NCBI RefSeq assembly: GCF_037042905.1
Contig: NC_087251.1
Location: 46,874,001-46,938,000, forward strand
From: Lytechinus pictus
Taxonomy: Eukaryota
Direction: 5' to 3'
Length of the DNA: 64,000 nucleotides
This document shows, one piece after another, positions 11,476 through 23,136 of the stretch. Below the pieces are notes generated by a model. That model was not told the origin of the DNA and ran no database searches. It was given only the letters and a program-made list of their open reading frames with translations. How positions within the stretch are numbered: position 1 is the stretch's first letter; each line of letters opens with the position of its first letter. The position numbers were made by a program, and so were the translations under genes.

Positions 11476-13297
11476 ACGAATAATGAATCAATCAATTAAT
11501 CATTCTTTCAACAATCAAAAGAGTCCTTAAATTACATGCTAACTTAATTAATCAATCTATCAATATACCACTCAATCACTTAATCATTTAATCAATCAAT
11601 CAATAATAACACAAATGATTTATATAGCAGCTTTTCCATTTTAAATGATCAATCAATCAATCAATAATCAATCAACCAACCAACCATTCTACAGACAATT
11701 CCTTATTTATGCCTCTAATCCTTGACATGAAATATCACTAACAAAAAACAACCTTTTCAGTTGGTTTTCAACAATAAAAATACAAGTCTTTAATAGCAAG
11801 AAAAATACATAAAAAAGTAAAATATCCTGAGATTTTGGCATTGTCAACAAAAACATGGAAAGCATATGGCATTGCACACTAGCTCTCAACATAATAACCC
11901 ATATATGTCTGGGGTCATTTCCAGCACCAACACCTCTTTCCAGAGTTGTATCTGGAAAACCTTGTCAGGATCGAGATGCAAAAATAAATATATAATAATA
12001 ATCCATAAGAGAACCCCCCCCCCCCCTCTGGAAAAGAAGGGTGAAAGGTAATATTCATATTTTGGAAGCACTTTTCCATACATACATCTACCAAACAAAA
12101 ACAAAAGAGGGGAAGAGTCATCAATATTTTTCCTCTCCCCCCCCCCCCCACAGCTACGTTTATTGCCTCTTTCAAGTTTACTGTCATGACTGATGTAATC
12201 ACCAAAACCAGCATTCAATACCCAACTTGAAATTTCCAGATGCATTTAAAGTAAAATAATAAATTAAAAAAAGCTAATGGGGCCTTTCATAAATTGGTTA
12301 CTGGATGTTGATTTTGAGTGAGACAACCTTCTATATTTCATTGCTTTTTTTAAAATATTTTTGTTAAACTTAATTATAAATGAGAGCCGTTCTGATGCAC
12401 CATAACTTATAAAAAATAATGAGTAACAAAACAATTTTGTTGGTGGCACATACAATTATATCAGCAAGTTAAACTGAGTTATTATAGTAATATGGTGTAG
12501 GATGAAACTTAAAGGTCCAAATTTAAAAGAGGTTTTAGTTTTAAACCAGGAGGGAGGCAAAACCATGGAATATGCAGATTTCATGTTTAATTGGTCTTAA
12601 TTTACCATGTATCTAGTGGCCTTTGCAAAAAAAAAAAAAGAATCATTCATCATTGGCCCTTTCTTAGTATAAAGGCATTATCCATGAAATTGTCAAAGTC
12701 CTTGGTTTTGTACCCCTTCTTGGTGTAAACCTTGCCTCCTCCTCCTCCTCCTAGTTTGTGATGACTCGTTATTTTCAATGTGAAGGTTCATTAACTATCA
12801 TATGCCACATTAAGGCCGTCACCAAAACCATGATTCTATTATACAGTGTTTTTTTTGTCTGAGCTGCCCTGGAAATTTCTACATTTTGAGATGTGATGTT
12901 TAACATAGTTTAATATGGCATCACAAAGTCATCTGTTTCCATTTCTCTGAATGCCATTCAACGATTATTTCAATGTCAAATTCTATCTTTTTCAGCATGT
13001 TTAGAGTACTAGAGGAAATTCTCATAAAAATATCTTCACACGTTGAACAACTTGAAGGAGGCAGAATGGTACCCTGAGTTAAGTGTATCATAAACATGTA
13101 GTCAAGGCCATTACTTCCAAGTCACATTTCCCATTGACTTTATGACTCGGCCAATGCCGGCAAAATTTGGCCTCGAGACTAGCCTTGACTTTATTCCTGC
13201 AACATGGCATCACAAAATAATCTTTGTTTCTGGTTCTAATAATACACTTTCAATTCAGTTTTTTCAGCAAGTGGGGAGTACTGGAGGACACCTATTC

Positions 13298-13404
13298 TCA
13301 TACAGCAGGATTTGACCACAAGGAAGTTTCATCCTCCAGTTCTTTGGACAACTCGGGTCTAATTTCTTGTATGGCTTTCTGTACCTTCCGCACAAATGGA
13401 TAAT
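13298..13404 (-). CDS. TAF1A: TAF1A-like, coding exon 10 (last)
   Basis: Acceptor tttatgcag. Reads (N)YPFVRKVQKAIQEIRPELSKELEDETSLWSNPAV*, in phase with the upstream exon. Confidence 0.75.
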
Positions 13405-13619
13405 CTGCATAAAGAAAAAGTAAGAAGAAATTTCACTTTACAAATTAGTTCCTGAAGATTGTCTGAAATGAACATGAAAAAATTTGAAACTAAATAGCAA
13501 TGTTTGATTTTTATCAATGAATTCAAATCAACATTTTTCTGGGGTGGACTTGACTTTTAAGATCAGAGTTTGAATTAGACCGGATTTCAGAATACGGACC
13601 ACTAAATTTGCAATCTTAC

Positions 13620-13783
13620 TAGATCCATAGAAGATGGCTGCCAGGATTGCCTTCTGTACTGCTATCTCTGGGTGTCTGTTCACCATCTCTGCTACACCAT
13701 GCCTGTCAAAGTGATAGCTAGTCCACCAAGACTTACGACTGGACCAGCATTTCTTCAGGATAGCTTTGGCAGGCTTGTCTTTA
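13620..13783 (-). CDS. TAF1A: TAF1A-like, coding exon 9
   Basis: KDKPAKAILKKCWSSRKSWWTSYHF...AVQKAILAAIFYGS matches the TAF1A WxSRKxWWxxxHF and KA..A motifs. AG/GT boundaries. Confidence 0.88.
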
Positions 13784-13981
13784 CTGTGAATGGCAATTAA
13801 AATTAACGATAATGATAAATCATAATTATAGGCATTCATATAACCCTCTTTCTAAAACTGTTCTATTCCGAGGTACACGATAGATAAATAGAAAGAATAA
13901 AAGAGTTCGGATGCGTGTCAGTTTTTTGTTTTTACTTACAAATGTATATACCCACCTGCACTACAAGAATATAGCTTTTAA

Positions 13982-14376
13982 AGATAAATTCCAGTTTTGG
14001 GAACGATCTCAAAATGACCTTTTACAGAATTTAATATAATGATCACCAAAGTGTCTGTTTGTATGAATAAAAAATATGTGCCAAAGGATTCTGGAAGAAA
14101 TTGTGTAATTGCTGAGAAATAAGCAAAATAAGCGCTGATTCGGTCACTTCCGTCGGGTCTTTATTCCAGCAATAATAATACACTGTCCCACGTGTGCCTA
14201 TCTGTGTTGGCGATCTTCAGTGTGATCGTTTTTTAGCTAGATATTATGATTTCACAAAGTTCAGTTTATGTAACTGTACCAGATCTAGATCCACGATGAT
14301 ATATCAATACTTTACCTTGGTTTTACAGACTTTCTCACGAAATCAGTGTTTTACTGCAACTACGTTCATTTAGCTT
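13982..14376. mobile_element. Kolobok-like non-autonomous element, family C
   Basis: TTAA flanks. Reverse-complement homolog of 43941-44335 and 55998-56387. Confidence 0.7.
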
Positions 14377-15036
14377 TTAATATGAAATAATAATAATAAT
14401 ATGTGAAAAGTTCCAAACATATACACACACATTCGGTGCGTTTATCTTTATCATCTTGAAGCAGCACTGGAAGAAGAAGATGCTAGAGAAGATGAGACTT
14501 TAGTTTAGGTGTGAAAGTCTTGAATGACAATATATATATATATATATATATAAAATTTAAAGGGTAATTTATTCCAAAGATTGGACGCTGCGTCAGAGAA
14601 AGCGAGCTAATACCAACATAATAATTTGCACAGAGATATGCACACTTTGTAGAACAGGAGAATACAAGACTAAGAAGCATGTATGCTAAAAGACTCGCGA
14701 ATTGGTTTAGACCACAAATGCTTTCAACTACGTAAAATTGGCTCTGGCCAAGATTGCTTTTGCATGCTTACATAAATACCAAATGATATAACATTTCTTT
14801 TAGATAATCATAGAAATTATTATGAGGGATGTTAGATACAGAGATAGGTAGATAGATAAATCATTCTATTTTCAAAAGGTACAAAAACCGTTACAGATAA
14901 AATATTTGATTTTCATTGGGGCTGTGTTATGGAGAAATATGAAAACGAAAAGTCACCTCCGCACCTGGCAAATCTAAATAAATAAAACATAGTCATAACT
15001 TGTACAAGATAATAAGTAAAATATGTTCATTGATAC

Positions 15037-15224
15037 CTTTCAACAACAGGGAGGATATGCTCAACCAGCGTCTTCCACAGTGCAATGTGATAACGGCAGG
15101 TACTATAATCAGCCATGTTGAAGATCAGAGGAAGTACCTCGGCTAACTCTGCCGATTCCGTCTTCTCCAGGAGGTCCACGTACTCAAGTAGGTAATCACT
15201 GGCAGGCAAGAGGGTGGCTAACTT
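15037..15224 (-). CDS. TAF1A: TAF1A-like, coding exon 8
   Basis: KLATLLPASDYLLEYVDLLEK...LIFNMADYSTCRYHIALWKTL. Acceptor ttacag, donor AG|GTATCA. Confidence 0.88.
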
Positions 15225-15556
15225 CTGTAATGGACACACAGGAGGAATTCATACAGAAGCAAGAAATATTTGAATTAGTATTCAATCATATTTAGTGGTC
15301 AGTGTTATAGCTACAGTAGACGACAGTGGTTGGGCCCAAACTGGCACAGAAGATTTCTGACCACCACTCATCATGAAAAACGCTGTTTCCGTCCACCACT
15401 AATTTTAAATGAAAAGTGTTCCAAAACTAAACTCCTTGCAAAGAGGAATTGCACTTGCGTTCATTTCCATCTTTAATCTTGTTTAATTTGCATAATCAAC
15501 ATTCTTATATTTAATAAATATTAGTTTATTTTCAAAGATTTGCTGATCACACTTGC

Positions 15557-15715
15557 CTTCAATAGTGTTTTGAGTTTGTTTGTTTTAGTAGGCTTGTTCC
15601 TTTTGATGAACTGGTAGAGATAGACATGAGCATTGGGATTCCCAGGGTTGTTACTTAGATAGTTGTTGAGTATTTGCTCTGCCTTGTTGATACTGCCTTC
15701 TTTAATCTCCAACAT
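15557..15715 (-). CDS. TAF1A: TAF1A-like, coding exon 7 (GC donor)
   Basis: MLEIK...PGNPNAHVYLYQFIKR matches TAF1A PSNPNAHIYLYNFLKR. Ends AAG|GCAAGT. Confidence 0.9.
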
Positions 15716-16307
15716 CTAGGATAAAAAACAAAAAAACAGTTTATATGTGAAAAAATATTCTTTATTACACAATCACAAAACTTAAATGTTTTTTGGTAAG
15801 CTAACGCTTGCTAGGCTGCATGCCTCATCAGACCTTCGTCATAGCTGGCGCTGTTGCTGGAGCAGCACAAGAGATAGTTTATACATATGAATGTGATATG
15901 CACTATACAAGCATGAAATATTATAATTATTACCATCAATATTATTAGCACACATTTTTAATGAGCTGAAAATTATTCTGCTAAAGATTCTATAGCTGGA
16001 AGCACAAAGAGGCCAGATATTTAGGGTGTTTCATCAGAAAATTTATGTTGCATGATAAACTGATGGAACAATAATGTACTTTTTTTGTCATATATTTTGG
16101 AGGGGCTCTAGCCCCCCCCCCCCAAAAAAAAATACCCCACTGGTACACTGCCATTCTTCTGAAATAGTCCTTAAACTAATTTTTACTGCAAACTTTTGTC
16201 TACTTTCATCCTATTCCCCAAATTTAACGAATAGTCCATAATACTAAAACTTTAATAGTTATACAACTCTACAAGTAATTAAAATCAAATACTAGTTGGG
16301 CTACTAG

Positions 16308-19300
16308 CAGAGATGCCAACTTTTGGAAATCAGAATTAGGGAGGATTTGCAACCGACTCCAAATTATGTGCGCGTAGCGCACATCTCGAGCGCGGAGCGC
16401 TCGACCCTTGCGGCCGGGGTCCAGGGCCCGCCTTAGGGCCCTGGAAGCTCTGGGTTTCTAGATGCTCTCTGGTGCAATCTGACCCTTATTTTGGAGCATT
16501 TCACATGTTTTTAAAGAAACATTGTTCCCACTTTTTTAACATAAAAAAAAAAATGAGGGGACAATAGAAGAAAAGTACCTGTTAAACAATAATAATAATG
16601 AGGAATTATCCTCTTTATTATTGTGCAGGTACTTTTCGTCTATTCTCCCCTCATTTTTTACATATATTTGTAAGCAATATTCCTCTTACCTCACTGGCTA
16701 GAACTAGTACTGCTTCCTTCTAGATCTCCAGCAGCTTTGCTGAGTGACAGCTTTGTGGCTTTCTTAGCCCTTCTGATAGTGTCTTTGCTATATTGCCTTT
16801 CAAAGCAAGGGGTACTATGTGCAAGCTTTTCAATCAAGAGGGCTTCCAGAGTTCTGACACTCAAGTTTGGGCGAAATTCAGTATGATTTTTTCGCACAAC
16901 ACTGAATGCCCTTTCACATGAGGCATTTGAATGAGGGATGACCAGGATTCCTGTCATCACTTTGGTCAAAGTTGGATAAATCCTGGCACCTGTACAGGGA
17001 TCCGATAGCTGTGAAATCCTATGCCATTGCTCATCCACTCTCTCTGTCTCAGTAGCAATTGTAGCTATGGAGGAGTCTGCCTGGTAGTGGGCAAATTCAC
17101 TCTCAAGACTGTCAAATTCACCATCACCCAACATACAGGGGAATTTCTCGATGAAAAACTCCACAGAGTCAAACCTTACTTCTTGGTGCAGCTTAACATC
17201 CAACACCTGAGCATGCTTTGATAATTCATCATCCAGAGGCCAGGTTTTGAAGATGTAATCACAGGCTTTCACATAGTATGAGCGAACTGCACTGAAGAAT
17301 CCTTGGATGTCTGACTCACTCAGAGTTAAGGTAGACTTCTCTAGACTTCTCTGTTCTCTTATGTACAGTTTGGCATTCTGCCCAATCATTAGGTCCTCAT
17401 CATTCTTGTGATGATCTCTGTCAGAATAAGGTACCTCTAATAGAGCAAATGATGATACTGATGATGGTTTCACAAACCGGATGAAGATATTTTTCAGAAG
17501 TCCATTAAGTTCTCTGTGGAGGAGATGGATACAGGGCTCTTCCCTCTGGAGCAGAAGATTCCCCTTCTCAAAAAGTTTGTTAGCGTATCGAAGGAAGAAG
17601 CAATAAAGTTTTGTTTGAGGTGACAAGAACATTCTGTTGGCACGTTTTTCTCTAGATTCCTGCAAGGTGTGGGAGGAAGATGCACTTTTTGTTGTGGTAC
17701 TAGTAGAACACTTAGTGGCAGGAAGATTACACTTGCGTTTACTGCCAGCAGAAGTAGTCAGACTCTCTGTACCAGATCCAATTTTACGCTTAAGGAGAGA
17801 GCTTGAGCTGGATGCAGACAAGGAAGGAGTAGGCCTCTGACTTTTTGCTGAGGGTTTTGCTGAGCTTCTATCAAGTGACTTGGCAAAAGCAGAACTTAAC
17901 TTGGGTCCTCCTTTGCCTTTCGATGGGAGTACAGTTTTTCTTGACTCTGAAGGGCCAGTGATGCTACCAGCTCTCGCCATTGTTGCTCCACTTGTGCTTA
18001 CTGTAGCTACAGATCCTGCAGTAGATACAGCGGTCTTCTTCTTGCTGGATGTTAGATTTATGGCTTTCGTCGGTTTCATCTTTTTTTGCACTTCTGCTTT
18101 GAAGAAGAGGCGAAGGGGCTCCCATTGTTCTATTAACCTGTCTAAGCACTGACCAAGTGACAGCCATCTTGTTGCAGCATGCTTCAGAATCTTGTGTGTC
18201 GGGGCATCACAAAGTTCTTGCAGGGCTTTCACTCCTTTGATGCGTTTACTGCTCTTGTCTAAATAGTAGTAGATATCAACAAGAAATTCATCCAATGCAA
18301 CTGGTAAGGCCTGAGCTGCCTTTTTGGCTGTATTATGTATCATATGGCAAGGGCAGCCCATGATATAGCACTTTGGGTTTTCTTTGTGGATATAAGCAGC
18401 AACTCCTTTGTGCTTACCCACCATCACACTAGCATTGTCAGCACAAAAGGAAACACAATTTTTCCATGAAATTTTCCTGTCATTGAATTCTTTATTGAGC
18501 AGTTTGTAGATGTTTTCTCCAGTGGAATCTTGTTTGCATGATGGTAAGCTTAGCAAACCTTGTTTCACAATTCCAGCACTGTTGTCAAAGTACGTTATGA
18601 GGACAGGGTAAAGTTGAGCCTCACCACCATCATTGCTCCCATCTGTAGCTACACTGAAGGGAGACCCTCTGGCAATATCAGCAATAGATGTAGCAGTAAC
18701 ATTTGATAACTCACCAATTATTGCTGAAGTTTTTGTCCGAGCACAGCCATATTTCGAAGCCACTTTCGAGTCTGGAAACATTTTCCTAAATAGAGGGCCA
18801 GCGTGGTCTGAGACAGCAATAGGCAGGTTATGTTCCACTATAAATCCAGTAAAGAAAAGCTCAGCGCGGGTAACGTCTTCCTCCTCGCTGGTCCCTTGCT
18901 TGGTGAAATAAGTCAACAGGGTACTAGTGGAGCTCGAAGATCTCGTCTTCGCAATGTCCGTATGCCGTTTGCTCCCTACGTGCTTCCGAATATCATCACG
19001 ACCTCCGTGCTCAACTGAAATGTCCACGCTGCAAATTGTGCAAAATGCATGGTAAATTCCTCTTTCCGACTTCCGAATACACGGGTACTGGAGACTGTAT
19101 TCAGTCTTATACTTCTGAGACCATTTCTTGGTCTTCTTTTGTTGATTTTCCGCCATTTCGTGTCAATATCAACCCATCAATACGCCGAAATCACACACCG
19201 ATATTCCACCGCACGACTCAACAATTACAGTGGCCGCGAGCGCACACGCCTCGCGAAGCTAGCCGGGCCTACCGGCCTGGTGCACAGTGGATTCCCGTTG

Positions 19301-19547
19301 GGTATATCACATGCACCAGCTTTTCGCTGCTCCTTATTTGTCTACCTTTCACACATAATTTAGAAGCAGCGAACGTAATTGAGTTACTACATGCTACAAT
19401 TAGCAGACGATACATGAGTTTCCAATCCAATTTGAGCAATGCAAAAAAATCGTAATTTCGGGAGGATAAAGATGGTAATCGTAAGGGCGGGAGTTGGGAT
19501 GAATTTTCGGGAGCCTCCCGATGAAATCGGGAGGGTTGGCATCTCTG
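16308..19547 (-). mobile_element. Autonomous-type hAT DNA transposon, 3240 bp
   Basis: Perfect 13-bp TIRs CAGAGATGCCAAC / GTTGGCATCTCTG. Flanking direct repeat TACTAG at 16302-16307 and 19548-19553. Subterminal CGGGAG repeats at 19459-19533. Intact transposase ORF. Confidence 0.95.
16691..19156 (-). CDS. hAT-family transposase, 821 aa
   Basis: BED-type zinc finger (CTIC...KH...RH), first Asp in ATDGSND, second Asp in CADNASVM, CxxH motif (CPCH), TRW motif and C-terminal dimerisation motif PHSNASCERAFS containing the catalytic Glu. Confidence 0.93.
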   Translation of the reverse strand: MAENQQKKTKKWSQKYKTEYSLQYPCIRKSERGIYHAFCTICSVDISVEHGGRDDIRKHVGSKRHTDIAKTRSSSSTSTLLTYFTKQGTSEEEDVTRAELFFTGFIVEHNLPIAVSDHAGPLFRKMFPDSKVASKYGCARTKTSAIIGELSNVTATSIADIARGSPFSVATDGSNDGGEAQLYPVLITYFDNSAGIVKQGLLSLPSCKQDSTGENIYKLLNKEFNDRKISWKNCVSFCADNASVMVGKHKGVAAYIHKENPKCYIMGCPCHMIHNTAKKAAQALPVALDEFLVDIYYYLDKSSKRIKGVKALQELCDAPTHKILKHAATRWLSLGQCLDRLIEQWEPLRLFFKAEVQKKMKPTKAINLTSSKKKTAVSTAGSVATVSTSGATMARAGSITGPSESRKTVLPSKGKGGPKLSSAFAKSLDRSSAKPSAKSQRPTPSLSASSSSSLLKRKIGSGTESLTTSAGSKRKCNLPATKCSTSTTTKSASSSHTLQESREKRANRMFLSPQTKLYCFFLRYANKLFEKGNLLLQREEPCIHLLHRELNGLLKNIFIRFVKPSSVSSFALLEVPYSDRDHHKNDEDLMIGQNAKLYIREQRSLEKSTLTLSESDIQGFFSAVRSYYVKACDYIFKTWPLDDELSKHAQVLDVKLHQEVRFDSVEFFIEKFPCMLGDGEFDSLESEFAHYQADSSIATIATETERVDEQWHRISQLSDPCTGARIYPTLTKVMTGILVIPHSNASCERAFSVVRKNHTEFRPNLSVRTLEALLIEKLAHSTPCFERQYSKDTIRRAKKATKLSLSKAAGDLEGSSTSSSQ

Positions 19548-19662
19548 TACTAGGCTTGCTTAGTTGCTTTCATACTAATATGATAATGTGACTCCTAATA
19601 TACGATTTCTCTAAGACTTATACTACCATATGACAGGGTACTCTCCATTTCAGGAGCCTTAC

Positions 19663-19763
19663 CTCCACTTGCTTTGTGATGAAAATATCCCATACACCTG
19701 GATCATTGTTGAATTTACCCAGATTGGTAAGAGCCCTCTTCCGAAGAGTTGCATCTTCAACAA
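19663..19763 (-). CDS. TAF1A: TAF1A-like, coding exon 6
   Basis: VEDATLRKRALTNLGKFNNDPGVWDIFITKQVE matches TAF1A PGVWDPFVKSYVE. Boundaries ttgcag / GAG|GTAAGG. Confidence 0.9.
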
Positions 19764-20286
19764 CTGCAATTAAGTGTAATATGAAAGATATGAAGTGCTA
19801 TTATTCAATTTAGTTTGGTTAATGTGCAATGTCAATTCAATTGAATTCAATTTAATATTTATAAAAGGGTTTATGCTATATCACCATGTGATTTATTAAG
19901 GTTTTATAAATACGGGGCCAGATGATAAGGTGAATATATGCTCGAGGTGCCAACTGGCAAATTTGTAATGTTAAAAAGTTAATCGGCAATCTTGTACTGA
20001 AGGGTTGATGTCACAATTTTTTTTTTTTTTTACATTTCAGCATATTTTGATGTCTTGGCCGAGCATGATGAAAAAACAAAACCCACCCAAATTTGGTGGG
20101 GATTTGTCTGTGGGGAGCGCAAGATGAGTCATTTACAATGACTTCAATGGGACCAATTAGGTATTCATATGGACTTTCCTTGGGCCACCATGAACAAATT
20201 AATATCAAATTTGGTGTGGGGATGTTTTTCAATATGCTCTATCAAAATCTAATCATGAAAATACTCAAAAAGCATGTAAGGTGAAA

Positions 20287-20822
20287 CAGGGTCCCATCTT
20301 ACAAAGAGTTGCGACTGATTCAATTAATCTCAACTATATGGAAATCCACCATTGTCGCAATTTTCCTACCAAAAGTTTGCACAAAGTTCATTTGTAAACA
20401 AAGAGGAACACATCAAATTGTCAGGACATCAATGAATGTATGAGTATACATCATATCTAGTAAAAGTTTTGAACAAACGTGCATTTAAGATGTTGGTGTT
20501 ACTGGCTTTCCATAGTTGTGGTTGATCGGATCAATCATAATTCTTTGTAAACCTGTCTTACAAAGAGTTTCGATTGATCCAATCAATTGTAAGTCTATGG
20601 AAATCCATCAGTGTCATAATTTTTTCTACAGGAAATTTGCAAAATGTCCTTGGTAAACAAAGGAGATCACACCAAATTGTCAATGAATCAATGAATTTAT
20701 GAATATACATTCATATCTAGAATTTTTTTTAAAATAAACATGCATTTTTCTGTTGACTTTACTGGCTTTCCATAGTTGTGGTTGATCGGATCAATCGTAA
20801 CTCTTTGTAAGACGGGGCCCTG
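20287..20822. mobile_element. MITE, apparently a head-to-tail dimer of an approximately 265-bp unit
   Basis: Outer TIRs cagggtcccatcttacaaagagttgcga / tcgtaactctttgtaagacggggccctg, with an internal junction near 20550 (ttctttgtaaacctgtcttacaaagag). Confidence 0.7.
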
Positions 20823-20871
20823 ATGTCACACCTTGGTACTCAATCGAATGCCCAACTTGATAATTTCATAC

Positions 20872-20959
20872 CTTCATCATCACCTCTCCCCTTTGTTTTC
20901 TCATGCCACTGGCAGTATTCAATCAATCCAGCATTTGCTGAGATGAGCTTCTTTCTGAT
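20872..20959 (-). CDS. TAF1A: TAF1A-like, coding exon 5
   Basis: IRKKLISANAGLIEYCQWHEK resembles TAF1A LIQAYKGLLQYYTWSEK. AG/GT boundaries in phase. Confidence 0.87.
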
Positions 20960-21168
20960 CTGCAAAGAACAAAAAAGTGAGATTGGATATGGATTGTAAA
21001 TTAAAGGATGCTTGGCTTAAATCTACTTCTAAATCTAAAGAGACTTTATAACAAGAATTAATGCATGAGTAAAAGGTATTTGTAAACTACCATGTTAAGA
21101 AACCATCTCACAATGGTTTTATAATAATAAGATAAATTAAGAAAGTGCAGCCAAAGCCAGCCATTATA

Positions 21169-21510
21169 CAGTGCATCCCACAAAAAACGAAACCGAGATT
21201 TAGCTATGATTTATCATAACTTAATCATAAAAACAAAAGACAAATGACCTATCAATGTAAAGCTTAGAATCTCCTCTTTCATCTGATATTACTAAGATTA
21301 TTCCTCATTCACGCATGAGTGAGCAAAAACAATTTGAAGAAAGGATACCAAAAAGTCATTTGGCGGGGGGTATCTGAATTTCAAAAAGAAATTCACATGC
21401 CTAAAAAGTTCAATATCTGCTCTTTTATTTGATACCTTAATCACAAAAAATGGTCGAGAAGTAAAAAAGTTATGTTCCCTCGAAACAATGCTTGTATTTC
21501 CATAATTTCA
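21169..21510. mobile_element. Truncated Tc1/mariner-type MITE
   Basis: TA|CAGTGCATCCCACAAAAAA terminus resembles the TIR of 37768-38797. The other end was not found. Confidence 0.45.
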
Positions 21511-21814
21511 TTACTTGTAAGTCTTTATAACATGGGCTGCTGACCAATATCCACTTGGCTAATATATGTTTCACAAAGAGTTAAGTGTCACCTAAAGTCA
21601 TGATTAGTGCTGACGCGCATGATATGTAATGCGCAATCTTATTGATTGATACGCAGTAGTGCACGTCTTCTTAGTATGATCTGACCAATGGGTAGATGCA
21701 TTTCATATCGCACGCAACTGGATATTTAAGCGCGACTCTAAGTCATACTTAACTTTTTTGTGTCCGTGACCCCCCCCCCCCCACTAGATGGCTGTAAAGA
21801 CAAACTGTACAAAC

Positions 21815-21974
21815 CTGTGGCTGATTGCTTTCTTTGTTAGCAAATTGTTTAGATGCAGGCCACATTTCTGATAGAGTTGTCAGTGCATCTTTCATCCTAT
21901 CCTGTCGGAGGAGGAAGAGGGCATGCTCTAACTTCTTCTGGTACGGATTGGCCGTATTGATCTTGCGGACAAAT
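21815..21974 (-). CDS. TAF1A: TAF1A-like, coding exon 4
   Basis: FVRKINTANPYQKKLEHALFLLRQDRMKDALTTLSE matches TAF1A [22 protein letters not shown]. Confidence 0.9.
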
Positions 21975-22754
21975 CTGAGAGAACAATTAAATGAAATTTA
22001 TCATGAGAGAAGATGAATAGGTATAAATCTTTCTGAAGATATAGTCAACCTTCTATAAGTAGACTTCATTGTGTGTCTAAATTTGCTGAATCCAACTGTC
22101 TTCACAAGAGTAAGCTGATTTTTTTTTGTTATGAGAGTAAAGGTTTATTTTATATTCAAGTCAAATCAAACATTTTTGCAGGATTCTTACTGATATCTAA
22201 ATAAGTAATTCATTTACAATTTGTTTCAACATCTAAATTGAAATGAATAAATTCCAGCAAATTTATATCATCATGGGTGATTACTTCACTAACTCATGAG
22301 AAAGTTCTCTCTCATGACAATTAAATGATTACTTGATCTACAAGCACCTGGACTACTTCTCAGATAGTCTAGTATGACATGGACTAAACCTATTTGGTCT
22401 AGTATCAATTTGGTCTAATTACCATACAGTCTACAGTACTAGAGTACATTGAGTACAATTGCCCTTTAGTCTTATTGCCCAGATGGCCTAATGTCCACTT
22501 CTTCTCATTATTTCACTATTTGTCAAATGAAAAAATAAATTCATAATCAATTCATCTAATATATATAGACTAAGTAGTATTGGACCAAGTGGACATTAAA
22601 TGAGATGAGTTTAGCATAACTGGAAATTAGGCAAAATGGTTAATGGGCTAAATGGCAATTATACCAAATGGTTTGACAGACAAACTGGTATTAGTCCAGG
22701 TGGGACGAGACCAAATAGATAGTAAACAAACAAGTGTAGACCAAGTGGCAAGTG

Positions 22755-23028
22755 GGTGCGTCGTGGTGTAGTGGTTAAGACTCTCGTCTTTCAATCTGAA
22801 GGACGTGGGTTTGATTCCAAGCCATGGCGTGTTTTCCTTCAGCAAGAAATTCACCCACATTGTGCTGCAATCAACCCAGGTGAGGTAAATGGGTACTGGC
22901 AGGAAGTAATTCCTCAAAAAGCTGTGCGCACCAGAATCGGTAGACTAGCTTAGCCGGGGTAATATAGGAGCGCCTTGAGCACCTAGCAAGGTGGATACGT
23001 GCGCTATACAAATCCTATATTATTATTT
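22755..23028 (+). mobile_element. tRNA-derived SINE
   Basis: A box gtggtgtagtgg, B-box-like ggtttgattcc and a (tat)n tail. Homologous to 41244-41535. Confidence 0.8.
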
Positions 23029-23071
23029 ATTTAATTTACCCATTAAATTACCATACTTTTTGCACTTTTAC

Positions 23072-23136
23072 CTGTAGAGGTCTTCTATTTGTTCAGCGTT
23101 GCTATCAGGATGATTTTGAAGAACATGGGCTCCAAA
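23072..23136 (-). CDS. TAF1A: TAF1A-like, coding exon 3
   Basis: FGAHVLQNHPDSNAEQIEDLY resembles TAF1A LGSEILFYHPKSN. Boundaries cacag / AG|GTAAAA. Confidence 0.85.

Noticed and set aside
15795..15845. Hammerhead ribozyme on the minus strand (CTGATGA-ggc-atgca-gcc)
   Set aside because: The CUGAUGA box and a short stem II are present, but the required GAAA and a convincing stem I/III are missing. At most a decayed relic.
17021..19455. Plus-strand ORFs overlapping the transposase
   Set aside because: Antisense shadow frames with no recognisable motifs.
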